This document shows, in pieces, positions 16,584 through 26,520 of a DNA stretch of 34,140 nt (positions within the stretch are counted from its first letter, which is position 1; each line of letters starts with the position of its first letter). This DNA comes from a virus. Taxonomy: Duplodnaviria; Caudoviricetes. The position numbers and the translations under genes were made by a program. The notes under the pieces are model-generated. The model saw only the letters and a list, made by a program, of their open reading frames with translations, did no database searches and was not told the DNA's origin. The stretch lies in the IMG/VR virus record IMGVR_UViG_3300011338_000237, positions 1-34,140 of that record; one strand, written 5' to 3'.

Positions 16584-18613
16584 AGATTAAATTCCTGATC
16601 GATGGATTAGATCGAGGTCAGCCATTAAACCCTGAATCATTCGGGCTAACAATTAACGAGGACACTACAATCGGAGCGAGAGTAGTATCATTCGATAATG
16701 AATTGATTTTTGATGGTGAAGTATTCAATTACTTGTATGCAAAACTGCAACAGTCAGGATATTGTGAATTGGTTAATTGCACCGTTCAATATCGCTGCAC
16801 ATCGGGTGCTTGGCTGAATTTAGTTGATGGCTATATCATCGCCACTGAATCAATCTTCCTTATCGATAAATGTCAAGTCAAGACTAAGGTTTATGATGAA
16901 ACATTTAGCACCAAGATAAACAACAACAAGAGCATCCCATTCTCGATGCGGTTAACAACCTCAAAGAACGGCACACCGATAACACCGCCAACACAGCGGA
17001 GCATCTTTATGTTTAACCCTGCTGATGGAACTATTGACGGAACTGCTTATGGCTATGCTATTTATGATGTGTTTGATCACTTGGTTAATTGTATGAGCGA
17101 TGGCTTGGTTGACTTTGGCTCTAACTTTTTTGCCTACGGCACAACAGGAGAAACACCTTGCTACACAAACGGTCTATCAATACGATCATATCAGAATGTT
17201 GAGGTACTGGCTACCTTTGAAGAGATATACCAAGCGATGCGAAACAAGTGCAATCTTGGGATGGGATTTGAGAAGCAAGCCAACGGCAGACCATTGTTGC
17301 GCATTGAGCCAATCGCATACTTTCAGCAAGGCAATGCAATCGTTAATCTCTACGATCAATCAGATATTGAAATGCGGTTTGATACTGCGAGGCTTTACGC
17401 ATCAGTGAATATGGGATCAAACCCAACACTGCAAGCATCAGCCTGCGATTCTGGAGCAACACCTTGCACCTTTATTCAAACTCCATTTAGGGCTTTCCAA
17501 GATGAAACCTTTGGCTTTGCAGGGAAGTGTAATACAACCAACGTATTAAACATTGTAAGCAATGACATTATCTTTGATACCAACGTATTTGAAGATATCA
17601 TTCGATTTGGCAATCAATCATATGACAGGGATAATGCTGTTATTCAATGCGATATCAACTTAGGCATTGGCAGCAATATTACATTCACTGCGATTGAATA
17701 TGATATTTATGGGATAGGTCAAACGCTTTACAATGGTATCTATACCAATCAGAATGTTTCGACTAATTGGCTCAATGGTTATCCAAGTTCTTTACTTTCA
17801 TTTTTTCAGCCGTTTTTGGTTTCGGACACTGAGGTATCAGTTCAAAATCCTTCAACCTTTTTTAATCAGATCGAGGTTGATGATTTACCAGTAACGCTGT
17901 TCGAGTTTTCTGCGCATTACACTATTTGGAATACTATCTTAGACAATCCGAATGGTATCTTTAACATTGACACTTATACCGTTCCATTTGCAGGGATCTA
18001 TACTGTCAATGCAGGCTTAGTATTTGAAGCCTTTAGAGATGGCGGTTCACCTTTCCCTATTGATACTGTTGCTTGGGGTAGAAATGCAAGAGTTGTAATA
18101 AGACAATTAGATCCAGATGGTAATGAACTTGCAAGTTTTTTCGCAGGAGTTAATCAAGCCGATTCAAGAGAAAATCTTTGGGTAGAGGCAAACAATAAAC
18201 TATTCGTTTGCAATGTTGGTGATCAATTAGTGGTCGATTATAGAATCATAAGAGCATCAGGTACAGGATTTTTAACTTTACAAAGACTTCTTGCCACTGC
18301 AATAGCTGAATCACCTGAGGGAGTATTTGAAGAGCATACATCTTACTTTACTATTGAAGGAACTAACTTTGTGCCGCCCGATCTTGATCCAGTTGATATT
18401 GATGAAGTGCAGACATATCTTTACAAGTTCAAAAGACCTTTAACGATGCAAGAGATTACTGCCATTGCAGCAGAAACATCAAAGCCAATTAAACTTGGAA
18501 AACAAGATGATAGCCTTGCGGTTATCGATACCTACATCAAGACAATAAACATTGAATCAATAATGCGCAAGACAGCGCAGTTTGAATTGAGATCAAATAA
18601 ACTTCTGCCATGA
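16574..18613 (+). CDS. Tail tip / hub structural protein
   Basis: 679-aa beta-rich protein immediately after the tape measure; contains YTVPFAGIYTV. Confidence 0.6.
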   Translation: MAVEIKFLIDGLDRGQPLNPESFGLTINEDTTIGARVVSFDNELIFDGEVFNYLYAKLQQSGYCELVNCTVQYRCTSGAWLNLVDGYIIATESIFLIDKCQVKTKVYDETFSTKINNNKSIPFSMRLTTSKNGTPITPPTQRSIFMFNPADGTIDGTAYGYAIYDVFDHLVNCMSDGLVDFGSNFFAYGTTGETPCYTNGLSIRSYQNVEVLATFEEIYQAMRNKCNLGMGFEKQANGRPLLRIEPIAYFQQGNAIVNLYDQSDIEMRFDTARLYASVNMGSNPTLQASACDSGATPCTFIQTPFRAFQDETFGFAGKCNTTNVLNIVSNDIIFDTNVFEDIIRFGNQSYDRDNAVIQCDINLGIGSNITFTAIEYDIYGIGQTLYNGIYTNQNVSTNWLNGYPSSLLSFFQPFLVSDTEVSVQNPSTFFNQIEVDDLPVTLFEFSAHYTIWNTILDNPNGIFNIDTYTVPFAGIYTVNAGLVFEAFRDGGSPFPIDTVAWGRNARVVIRQLDPDGNELASFFAGVNQADSRENLWVEANNKLFVCNVGDQLVVDYRIIRASGTGFLTLQRLLATAIAESPEGVFEEHTSYFTIEGTNFVPPDLDPVDIDEVQTYLYKFKRPLTMQEITAIAAETSKPIKLGKQDDSLAVIDTYIKTINIESIMRKTAQFELRSNKLLP

Positions 18614-20244
18614 GTTACGAATCAATACCTAATCAGCCAATAGTATTCAAGCCAAGCAATCAGCTATCTTCTGACTGCGGTTGCGGTGGTGATGGCTTCA
18701 AGCAACTTGTCGATTATGATGATGAGGTATTCTTTCAGATAGAATCATCGCCCTGCAATGAAACGGGAACTTATGGCAGTGCTACCACTGTGCAGGCTTG
18801 GACAGAAAGCGGATCGACCATAACATCAACGGCAGCGACTTCATTAGGCTTCTTTAGTCAGACATTCTATCCGCAAGATATGTATGGCGTGATCAGGGTG
18901 GTGGTGCAAGTATCTGACATCATTGGATCATTGGTGGTGATTGTATCAGGAGCATCGAGCCAAACGATTACAGCAGCAGGCACGCATACACTTTACTTCG
19001 ACACTGCTCACCTACTGACTAACAGCAGCATCTCGGTAACAATATCGGGCAATACCTTTATTGGTAGCTTTGTATTTGTTAGCTTGGTGGGTGTGCCTAA
19101 TGGTGGCTTGTTCTTGGGCGTAGTGGATGCTGATGATGTGAATACCATTATCGCAAGGATCGATCCTACGATCACCACTATCGATCAATATCTTACGGCA
19201 GGCTTCTCGATGGCTGATGTTGCATTAACGGCAGGATGCTATCGGTTAGCGATTGCGGAGTATTGCTCCAATCTTTGTGGTCAATACTTCATCGCCAATC
19301 CTTACTTCAATCCAACAAGATCAGGAGTGCCAAGTTGGAGTTCAGTCATTGGCACTGGCGTAACTAATTGGACAATCGATCCTAACCTTGCATCAATAGA
19401 ATTAGGAACGGGCGAGAGTGCCTACCTTGAATCAGTTACCACAGTTTGCGAGGGAGTTGAGTATTCTATTGAGATCACTGTGGATGCCATTAGCAACGCT
19501 CGTGTGCGACTTTCAGTGGCAGGGAATATCTACGGCTCACCAATCACAACAGCAGGCACTACAACGATTGTATTCACTCCAACGGCATCAGGTGAGGTTA
19601 GTGTATTAGGATCACAGATCGGAGGCTTACCATCGCTTATCGAGATCAGCAAGGTAACACTGCGAGCAATCTACACTTCAGTTCAATATGACCGATACAG
19701 CGATGTGATCTCAGTTGGTGAATACAGTGGATGCGAATACTTTAAGTTGGAAGGCTGCAATGGCGAGAATCAATTTGGCTTTGCATTCTATGGCTCATCA
19801 TTTCTGCCATCGATCCGCTTGGAAGGTAGAAGATACCAACCGCAATATGACACCGATGCAGACCTTTTCCGGTACTCATCAGGAAGGTGGCACGCATCGT
19901 ATGTGGATCGCAAGAAACGCCATACGTATTACTTCGGCAGATTGCCTGAGTACGTGCTTGACTTCCTTTCGATCTTGGTGTACTTCGATAACTTTTACGT
20001 TAACGGTGAAACCCATTTCCCTGCTGAAGATTCATTCCCTGAAGTTGAATATAACGATGCCGATGATCTTGGTTCGATCTCGATTGACCTAATCAGAAAG
20101 ACGGGCATAGTTCGCAAGACTGTATGTGTTGGCGTGGATGCAGATTGCCTGCCATCGATCCTCAACTTGGATGAGCCGTTCTTGCTTTATCAGGATGATA
20201 ACCGAATCATTACGCAAGACCTCATTAATTTATATCAAGAATAA
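18610..20244 (+). CDS. Tail structural protein with carbohydrate-binding-like beta domains and C-terminal LLYQDD..IITQD motif
   Basis: IANPYFN...W...W CBM-like segments; position in the tail module. Confidence 0.6.
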   Translation: MSYESIPNQPIVFKPSNQLSSDCGCGGDGFKQLVDYDDEVFFQIESSPCNETGTYGSATTVQAWTESGSTITSTAATSLGFFSQTFYPQDMYGVIRVVVQVSDIIGSLVVIVSGASSQTITAAGTHTLYFDTAHLLTNSSISVTISGNTFIGSFVFVSLVGVPNGGLFLGVVDADDVNTIIARIDPTITTIDQYLTAGFSMADVALTAGCYRLAIAEYCSNLCGQYFIANPYFNPTRSGVPSWSSVIGTGVTNWTIDPNLASIELGTGESAYLESVTTVCEGVEYSIEITVDAISNARVRLSVAGNIYGSPITTAGTTTIVFTPTASGEVSVLGSQIGGLPSLIEISKVTLRAIYTSVQYDRYSDVISVGEYSGCEYFKLEGCNGENQFGFAFYGSSFLPSIRLEGRRYQPQYDTDADLFRYSSGRWHASYVDRKKRHTYYFGRLPEYVLDFLSILVYFDNFYVNGETHFPAEDSFPEVEYNDADDLGSISIDLIRKTGIVRKTVCVGVDADCLPSILNLDEPFLLYQDDNRIITQDLINLYQE

Positions 20245-20249
20245 TTTTG

Positions 20250-20257
20250 TAAATTTG
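20250..20257 (+). promoter_or_regulatory. -7 box TAAATTTG upstream of the tail tube gene
   Basis: Matches TAnnTTTG. Confidence 0.6.
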
Positions 20258-20274
20258 CAATCATCATCATAGAC

Positions 20275-20311
20275 GTAGGACTTCTGATGCCATCCTATAC
20301 AATCGGCATCA
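20275..20311 (+). ncRNA. H-type pseudoknot in the tail-tube 5' UTR
   Basis: S1 GTAGGA/TCCTAT and S2 TGATGCC/GGCATCA, interleaved. Confidence 0.6.
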
Positions 20312-20333
20312 TAACAATAAACTCTACAAAACT

Positions 20334-20873
20334 ATGGGATGCGTATCATATTGCGATTCCTCATTGCTCGATCACAACTTAGTCAACTGTAACGACTACA
20401 AGCTTGGCGGTGTATCAGCAATCTTAGTCGGAGCGTGTGGAACGGAATTAGTTGATCCTTCGGATGCTGTTGAAGTACAAGCCTTGATCGATGCTGGCAC
20501 TGCCAAGATCATTGAGGATATTCGCTTCGCCCTTCCTGCTGGCTCACCAGTTACCGTTGATTCACCTATCGGCTGCGGAACATCAATCAGAATTAACGAA
20601 GATCGTACTGCTACTCTTTACGATGCTAACGTAACTGATGAAAACAATACTTTTTGGAATGATGTGAATAATAGACGCATCGCTTGGATTTTGGCTTATG
20701 CTTGCGATTCAGGTAAGGTGATCTATATCAATCCTCCAGTTGGTATTACTACATCGGCTAACTTTATCATCCCTGAGCAGAACAACGAACTTCAGCGTTA
20801 TGAAGTAACTTTCTCTTGGAGAGATAAGGAGATTCCTTCACAGTATGCTGCTCCTGCGGGCATCTTCGGATAA
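20334..20873 (+). CDS. Putative major tail (tube) protein
   Basis: 179 aa, C..Y..GGVSAILV start, beta-rich; has its own promoter and a structured leader shared with the capsid gene. Confidence 0.6.
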   Translation: MGCVSYCDSSLLDHNLVNCNDYKLGGVSAILVGACGTELVDPSDAVEVQALIDAGTAKIIEDIRFALPAGSPVTVDSPIGCGTSIRINEDRTATLYDANVTDENNTFWNDVNNRRIAWILAYACDSGKVIYINPPVGITTSANFIIPEQNNELQRYEVTFSWRDKEIPSQYAAPAGIFG

Positions 20874-21823
20874 TGACAGAGGCAACACAACCACAAAGCC
20901 AAAGCACTGCCTCTATCGGGGTGGTGCTTATGGCGTTTGGTAAGCCTCAGTATTATTGGGCTGCCTACAACTTAGCCTATTCAATTAAACGATTCAATAA
21001 GGATGTTAAGATTGCTTGCCTGATCGAATCAAGGCAGGATGCAGATAAGTATTGCGGTGATCTTTACGAGGTCATTGATACCTTCATCGAGATTCAGCAC
21101 GAGCATCTATACACAAACAAGAAATTAGATCCTGCAAAGGCTAAAGTTCACCTTTACGATTACTTGCCTTTTGATAAGAACATCTATCTTGATGTTGATG
21201 CAGTTGCACTAAAGGACATCCAACCAATGATTGACGAGTTGGTTAATCTTGGCAAGCCTTACGCAAGCCATACGGTAGGCTATCACACAATCGATAAAGG
21301 TCGCAAGATTGATTCGATGCAGTGGGCTTGGGCTGATGATATTTGGCAGCATTACAAGTTTGATGAAACAACGGTATTGCCTGCCATCAATAGTTCAGTT
21401 CAATACATCGAGAAGTCATCTAAGGCATTGGCACTCTATAAGATTGCACAAGACTACCTACTTAATAACCCGATCCCATTAAACAAGCTAAGAATGAAGT
21501 GGGGCGGTGGTCAGCCTGATGAGTTATACATGAACTGTGCATTGGCAAAGTTAGGCATTGATCCTGCGGTTACTGAAGTTGGCAACAACGGCAGCGCAGA
21601 GATCGGCTATATTCACTTCGCAATGGTCAGAGGCTTATCCTTTGGCGATGTTACACAAGCATACTACTTCCAATCTTACTACGGTGGCAAGGGCTTTACT
21701 CCAACATTCTATATCGACTGGATGGATCGGATGCTCAAGTCATGGATGAAAGAAGAAGGGAAACAACATAAATATTTTATTCACCGAATCACAGATAACA
21801 AGCATGCCGATCCAAGAAGATAA
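20873..21823 (+). CDS. Glycosyltransferase (GT-A fold, GT8-like)
   Basis: LAYSIK, AKVHLYDYLPFDKNIYLDVDA (DxD), INSSV, GQPDELY, IHF motifs. Confidence 0.75.
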   Translation: MTEATQPQSQSTASIGVVLMAFGKPQYYWAAYNLAYSIKRFNKDVKIACLIESRQDADKYCGDLYEVIDTFIEIQHEHLYTNKKLDPAKAKVHLYDYLPFDKNIYLDVDAVALKDIQPMIDELVNLGKPYASHTVGYHTIDKGRKIDSMQWAWADDIWQHYKFDETTVLPAINSSVQYIEKSSKALALYKIAQDYLLNNPIPLNKLRMKWGGGQPDELYMNCALAKLGIDPAVTEVGNNGSAEIGYIHFAMVRGLSFGDVTQAYYFQSYYGGKGFTPTFYIDWMDRMLKSWMKEEGKQHKYFIHRITDNKHADPRR

Positions 21824-22370
21824 CAAGCCTAAGAAGGGCAGACCTAAAAAGATAGTAACGACACCAACATTCAACGAGGTTGCAAGACATGGTTGGAATA
21901 GTGAAGTTGATGTTGCTGATTTTCTTGCAGCCTTAATCTCAATGACGGGAGCGAAGCGAGTATTGGAGATCGGAGTGTTTGAGGGTGAAACATCCATCAA
22001 GATGATTCAGGCTATGCCTAATGGTAGCTACTATGTAGGCAATGACATTAACAATTACCGGAAGCACGTTCTGAAAAAGTCGGGCGTGGTGGTTGATCTA
22101 TTGATGGGAATGTCAATCAATGTTATGAGCCAATTCGAGGATGAGTTTTTCGATCTGATCTTTGTTGATGGCGATCATTCATGGGCTAACATATTACCAG
22201 AGTTCAAAGAAGTTGAGCGTATCATTTCAAAGAATGGCGTTATCGCTTACCACGATGCGATCCATATTCCTGATGTTGCTGAGTTGATGAAATACGCAAA
22301 GCACTATAAGTACAATGTAATCACGCTAAACACCAGCGAGGGCAGGGGCTTGGCATTAATCCAACGATAA
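21804..22370 (+). CDS. Class I SAM-dependent methyltransferase (Methyltransf_24-like)
   Basis: VLEIGVFEGETS, FDLIFVDGDHS, GVIAYHD. Confidence 0.85.
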   Translation: MPIQEDNKPKKGRPKKIVTTPTFNEVARHGWNSEVDVADFLAALISMTGAKRVLEIGVFEGETSIKMIQAMPNGSYYVGNDINNYRKHVLKKSGVVVDLLMGMSINVMSQFEDEFFDLIFVDGDHSWANILPEFKEVERIISKNGVIAYHDAIHIPDVAELMKYAKHYKYNVITLNTSEGRGLALIQR

Positions 22371-22371
22371 G

Positions 22372-22449
22372 ATGAAACCGAACTATTGCAGAACGAGGAG
22401 TTGTGGCTCAAACATCATAGACAAACCATCTACTAAAGCAGTTGCGTAA
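22372..22449 (+). CDS. 25-aa small ORF translationally coupled to the portal
   Basis: MKPNYCRTRSCGSNIIDKPSTKAVA* fills the gap exactly; TAATG overlap with the portal start. Confidence 0.45.
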   Translation: MKPNYCRTRSCGSNIIDKPSTKAVA

Positions 22450-24359
22450 TGGCACTATCTACCGAAGAGATCAATAAGATCGTTAACCGATTCGCCAAGC
22501 TTCACAAGCAATGGGAAAATCAGTCGACAAGATCACCAATCAATCCAATCACGAAGGAGCGAGTGGGCGTTACTCAATATCCTGAGTATTGGGAGGGCTA
22601 CAACTACGCTGCTAAGATGTACGATTCAATCCTGCCTCATGCAAGACCTGACATCTATCCATCGCATCTGTTGAGCGTTCGTGCGCCAAACCAAACCGAT
22701 GCTCAGGCAGCCTATATCAAAGCCAACTACAAGCCTACAACCTTGTCGGTGTTTGAAGATTTTAAGGCTACCATCAGCAGGGCGTTTGCCGATCAGAATT
22801 GGTCGATCAGATATGCTCAGGAAGTTGAGCCGATCTTCGGTGAAGATACCTTCGAGCGATACGTGAACATGGAGATCGAGAAGTTTGGCTCACTTGAAAT
22901 GTTCGTTAAGAACTTAGTGCCAACATTGAAGTTGATTGATCCAAACGGTATCATTGCCATCGAGCCTGAGTACAGCGAAGATATGGAGGATGATGAGAAT
23001 GGCGAGAGGGTAATCAGCAATGAGTTGATCCGCCCGATGCCAGAGTATTACTCCTGCAAGCGCATTGTCGGTCAAGATTACGGGCATTATTATCTTGTAA
23101 TCAGCGATGACTATACAGACATTAAGGTTGGCAGCAAAACTGAGAAGTCAGGCATTGTCTTAGAACTTTACGACAGTGAAGCGATCTATAAGATTTATCA
23201 GGTAGGCAAGAAGTCGGACATGGAGTTCTCCGAGCCAGTGCTTTACTACCAACATAATCTTGGCTACGTGCCATGTCATAAGTTAGAAGGTACACCGCAG
23301 ATGATCGGCAACAGCATTGCTTTTCAATCCCCGTTTATTACCGCAGTGCCTTTATTGGATCAAGTGGTGCTTGATGAATCGTACTTGCAAATCAGCAAGG
23401 CTACATCAGCATTTCCGTTTATGGTTGCATTAGGCGAGATTTGCGAGTTCATTGATCGGGAAGGTAACAAATGCCAAGACGGGCAGATATTCGATGCAAT
23501 CAATGGAGGCTATCGCACTTGTGGCAGTTGCTCAGGATCGGGGGTTAAATCAAGATTCTCTCCTACCGGTATGCTATTGATCAAGCCTAAGACTTCATTG
23601 AGTGAGGGCGATAGTTCTTTGAGTGGTGAATACTTGAAGTTCGTATCACCTCCGATGGACACGCTAAACTTTCTGCGTACTGAGATTGAACAACAGATGG
23701 CTAAGTCGAGAAGGATCTTGCACCTACCATCATCAGACGAATCAGGAACGATTGGCGAGGCTTCTACGGCAACGGGATCGCTTAACAAGCTAAGATCATT
23801 ATACGCTTTCATTAAGCCTATCTCAGATCAGATATTCAGTCTTTATGAGTTCTGCCTTGTAACGATGGGCAAGATGCGCTATGGTGAAAACTTTGGAGGT
23901 GTTAACCTTGTCTATCCAACATCATTCGACATCAGCACGCCATCGGATTACTTGGCTGTGATCAGCGAAGGTGTGAAAGCAGGAGTGCCGCCATCGATTA
24001 CCTTCTCGAATGTTTACAACTACATCCGAGCCATCCATTACACTGATGAAGAAACCAGTGCCATCTACGATCTTATCATCAATGCCGATGAGTTACTGCT
24101 TATGAGCAGTGCTGATATTGTAGCAAGGGTGGCAAATGGAACGGTTGAGAAGTGGCAGGATGTACTTCACCATTCAGCACCTCAGTTGGTGATGGAGTTA
24201 ATCAGGGAGTTTATTCCAACGGGCGATGTTCAGAAGTTCACTGACCTACCAATGAATGAGCAAGTGATCGCCCTGCGTAACTTGGCAGCAGCGAAGATCG
24301 CTGAAACCTTAGATCCTATCCAACAAGCACAGCAAGACCTATTGAATGGCATCGTTTGA
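22449..24359 (+). CDS. Portal protein
   Basis: 636 aa with HNLGYVP motif and a CGSCSGSG zinc-finger-like insertion; precedes minor head, scaffold and capsid genes. Confidence 0.8.
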   Translation: MALSTEEINKIVNRFAKLHKQWENQSTRSPINPITKERVGVTQYPEYWEGYNYAAKMYDSILPHARPDIYPSHLLSVRAPNQTDAQAAYIKANYKPTTLSVFEDFKATISRAFADQNWSIRYAQEVEPIFGEDTFERYVNMEIEKFGSLEMFVKNLVPTLKLIDPNGIIAIEPEYSEDMEDDENGERVISNELIRPMPEYYSCKRIVGQDYGHYYLVISDDYTDIKVGSKTEKSGIVLELYDSEAIYKIYQVGKKSDMEFSEPVLYYQHNLGYVPCHKLEGTPQMIGNSIAFQSPFITAVPLLDQVVLDESYLQISKATSAFPFMVALGEICEFIDREGNKCQDGQIFDAINGGYRTCGSCSGSGVKSRFSPTGMLLIKPKTSLSEGDSSLSGEYLKFVSPPMDTLNFLRTEIEQQMAKSRRILHLPSSDESGTIGEASTATGSLNKLRSLYAFIKPISDQIFSLYEFCLVTMGKMRYGENFGGVNLVYPTSFDISTPSDYLAVISEGVKAGVPPSITFSNVYNYIRAIHYTDEETSAIYDLIINADELLLMSSADIVARVANGTVEKWQDVLHHSAPQLVMELIREFIPTGDVQKFTDLPMNEQVIALRNLAAAKIAETLDPIQQAQQDLLNGIV

Positions 24360-25257
24360 TGAACTTGTAAAGCAGAAGATTAAACTCTTTGAGCAAACTC
24401 CTGAGAGGCTTGCAACGGCAGCAGTTAAAACTCAGGCAGAGGCGTGGCGAACAATCCGCCCTTTGCTTGATGAAATGGATGTGGATGCTAATGGTAACAT
24501 CGAACAGACCGAGAATAACATCAGGCGCATCGGTACGATAGCGGATCAACTTCGCATTGTTTTGGGTGGTGATGACTATCGGCAGGCGGTCAAAGCCTTT
24601 TTAGATTCCATCGACAAAGGGGTGGTGCTGACTAATGAAATTGCTCAGACTTTTGAATCGGCATTCGAGCCAACAGAAGCACAGAAGCAACTGCTAAGAA
24701 TATCAAAGCAGAACGCCATCAATGCCTTTTATGGTAGTGGCTTAGATCAGAGATTCACTCAACCATTCTTGGAGCAGCTAACTACCAACATCGCTGCACG
24801 TGCGCCACTAAGAGAAGCAGTGGTGGCATTGGAAGGTATTGTGATCGGAACGGAGGCGAATGATGGAAGGCTATTGGCTAACATCAAGACCACTGCAACA
24901 ACAGCGCAGGCGGTGGCAGACCGATCATATTCCGCAGCTATCAATCAGGAGTTAGGGGTTGAGTGGTTTGAATATCTTGGAGGCGAGATCGACACTACAA
25001 GACCGTTCTGCGCTAATCGGGAGAATGGCATCTATCACCGTTTGGAGATTGAGGCTTGGGGCGATGGCAAGAATAGCGGAGGCTTGAATGATATTAGAGA
25101 TGGCACTTGGGCAGGGCGAATCGATGGAACTGATAGCAAGTCGATATTCACTTTTGTTGGAGGTTGGAATTGCAGACATTACCTGATCCCGATCCCTGAT
25201 CGTAAAGTGCCAGAATCAGTTAAGGCAAGAGCGAGGGCTGAGGGCTTCATCGACTGA
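24346..25257 (+). CDS. Minor head protein (Mu gpF / SPP1 gp7-like)
   Basis: EYLGG...TRPFC...GGWNCRHYLIP motif, directly after the portal. Confidence 0.8.
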   Translation: MASFDELVKQKIKLFEQTPERLATAAVKTQAEAWRTIRPLLDEMDVDANGNIEQTENNIRRIGTIADQLRIVLGGDDYRQAVKAFLDSIDKGVVLTNEIAQTFESAFEPTEAQKQLLRISKQNAINAFYGSGLDQRFTQPFLEQLTTNIAARAPLREAVVALEGIVIGTEANDGRLLANIKTTATTAQAVADRSYSAAINQELGVEWFEYLGGEIDTTRPFCANRENGIYHRLEIEAWGDGKNSGGLNDIRDGTWAGRIDGTDSKSIFTFVGGWNCRHYLIPIPDRKVPESVKARARAEGFID

Positions 25258-25285
25258 TTGCAGAATCAAATAATTACTATCTTTG
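25258..25285 (+). promoter_or_regulatory. Promoter TTGCAGAATCAAA...TATCTTTG
   Basis: TTG at 25258-25260 and -7 box at 25278-25285. Confidence 0.65.
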
Positions 25286-25292
25286 TGGGAGA

Positions 25293-25499
25293 ATGAAATT
25301 CATAATACTTGCCGATGGTAGTATAGTGCGTGCGACTGAATTGGTTGCTGACTACCTTATTAAGAAAGGCGGTAGAGAGTGCAAATTGAAACCAATAGAA
25401 ACACCTAATTTATATGGCAATGAAAGCAGAGGAAGCACTGGAGTTAGTGAACTTCCTAAACCTAAGCGAAGCAGAAAGCCTCGAAGAAGCGAAGGATAA
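25293..25499 (+). CDS. Small hypothetical protein
   Basis: First ATG after the promoter; overlaps the scaffold start. Confidence 0.5.
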   Translation: MKFIILADGSIVRATELVADYLIKKGGRECKLKPIETPNLYGNESRGSTGVSELPKPKRSRKPRRSEG

Positions 25500-26235
25500 A
25501 TTTCAAGATCAGTGGGTTAACTCTAAGGAGTTGAATGATAAGATCGGCAAGATCAACGGCACGATCCATCAGGCAGCCAAGCGAGCATTTGAACCGTTCG
25601 GAGTTGTATTGACTGAGGATGATTTCAAAGACAAGAAAGCGCAGGATGTGATTCGCCAAGCAGCAGATCGGGCAAGAGAAAACTACGAGAAGCAGCAAGA
25701 GGAGTGGCAGCAACGAGCATCTCAAACGGGATCGGATGAACTTGTCAAGGAGTGGGAAAAGAAGCATAAGACACTTGAAAAGAAACTCACTGAGATCGAC
25801 AATGCAAGACAAGAGGCGATCAACCAGTTCGATCAATTCAAGATCAAGGTGGTAGAGGAGCAGAAGCAAGCTAAGATCACTAACACCTTTGAGCGTGAAC
25901 TATCTGCCATCAAGCTTGATCCAACGGTGAACGAATACACCATCAAAGGATTCAAGGCTACCATTGGCGAGAAGTATGCAATCGACATCGAAGAGGATGG
26001 GGCAATGATCGTAAAGGACAAGACAAGCGGTGAGCGATTGAAGAGCAAAGACAAAGCAGGATCATTCTTGAACTTGTCAGATGTGCTATTGCAGGAAGCA
26101 GCAGCGGCAGGGATCATAATGAAGAACCCATCAGCAGGGCAGCGAGTGATAAGGCAAGGTGCTGTAATTCCACAACTCGAACCGCAGTCAGATAAAAAGA
26201 TGAGAGGTATCAATCCAAGATTCTACACAAAATAA
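25414..26235 (+). CDS. Capsid scaffolding protein
   Basis: Highly charged coiled-coil protein between the minor head and capsid genes. Confidence 0.65.
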   Translation: MAMKAEEALELVNFLNLSEAESLEEAKDKFQDQWVNSKELNDKIGKINGTIHQAAKRAFEPFGVVLTEDDFKDKKAQDVIRQAADRARENYEKQQEEWQQRASQTGSDELVKEWEKKHKTLEKKLTEIDNARQEAINQFDQFKIKVVEEQKQAKITNTFERELSAIKLDPTVNEYTIKGFKATIGEKYAIDIEEDGAMIVKDKTSGERLKSKDKAGSFLNLSDVLLQEAAAAGIIMKNPSAGQRVIRQGAVIPQLEPQSDKKMRGINPRFYTK

Positions 26236-26247
26236 AAACGATCTGCC

Positions 26248-26520
26248 ATGCCAATGTATGAAGGTTTCAATGTAACATCATCTGATCGCTCAGGTAAGAA
26301 ATACAAGGCAGTAGATGATGACGGTAACGAGATCCATTTTGGTGCTGAAGGGTATCGAATCAATCCCGGCACTGATGCAGGGAATTCATACTGCGCTCGG
26401 AGCAATGGCATTCCATCACCGAGAGGATCGGCAAATTGGTGGGCGAGGCAGTTGTGGAGTTGTGAGGGCAAGCGGTCAGTGAGCGACAAACCTTTTTTTG
26501 GCAAAATCGATCTACCTTAA
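26248..26520 (+). CDS. Small viral protein (IHFGAEGY...SYCARS...SANWWAR..W type)
   Basis: Motif recalled from phage head modules; function unknown. Confidence 0.7.
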   Translation: MPMYEGFNVTSSDRSGKKYKAVDDDGNEIHFGAEGYRINPGTDAGNSYCARSNGIPSPRGSANWWARQLWSCEGKRSVSDKPFFGKIDLP

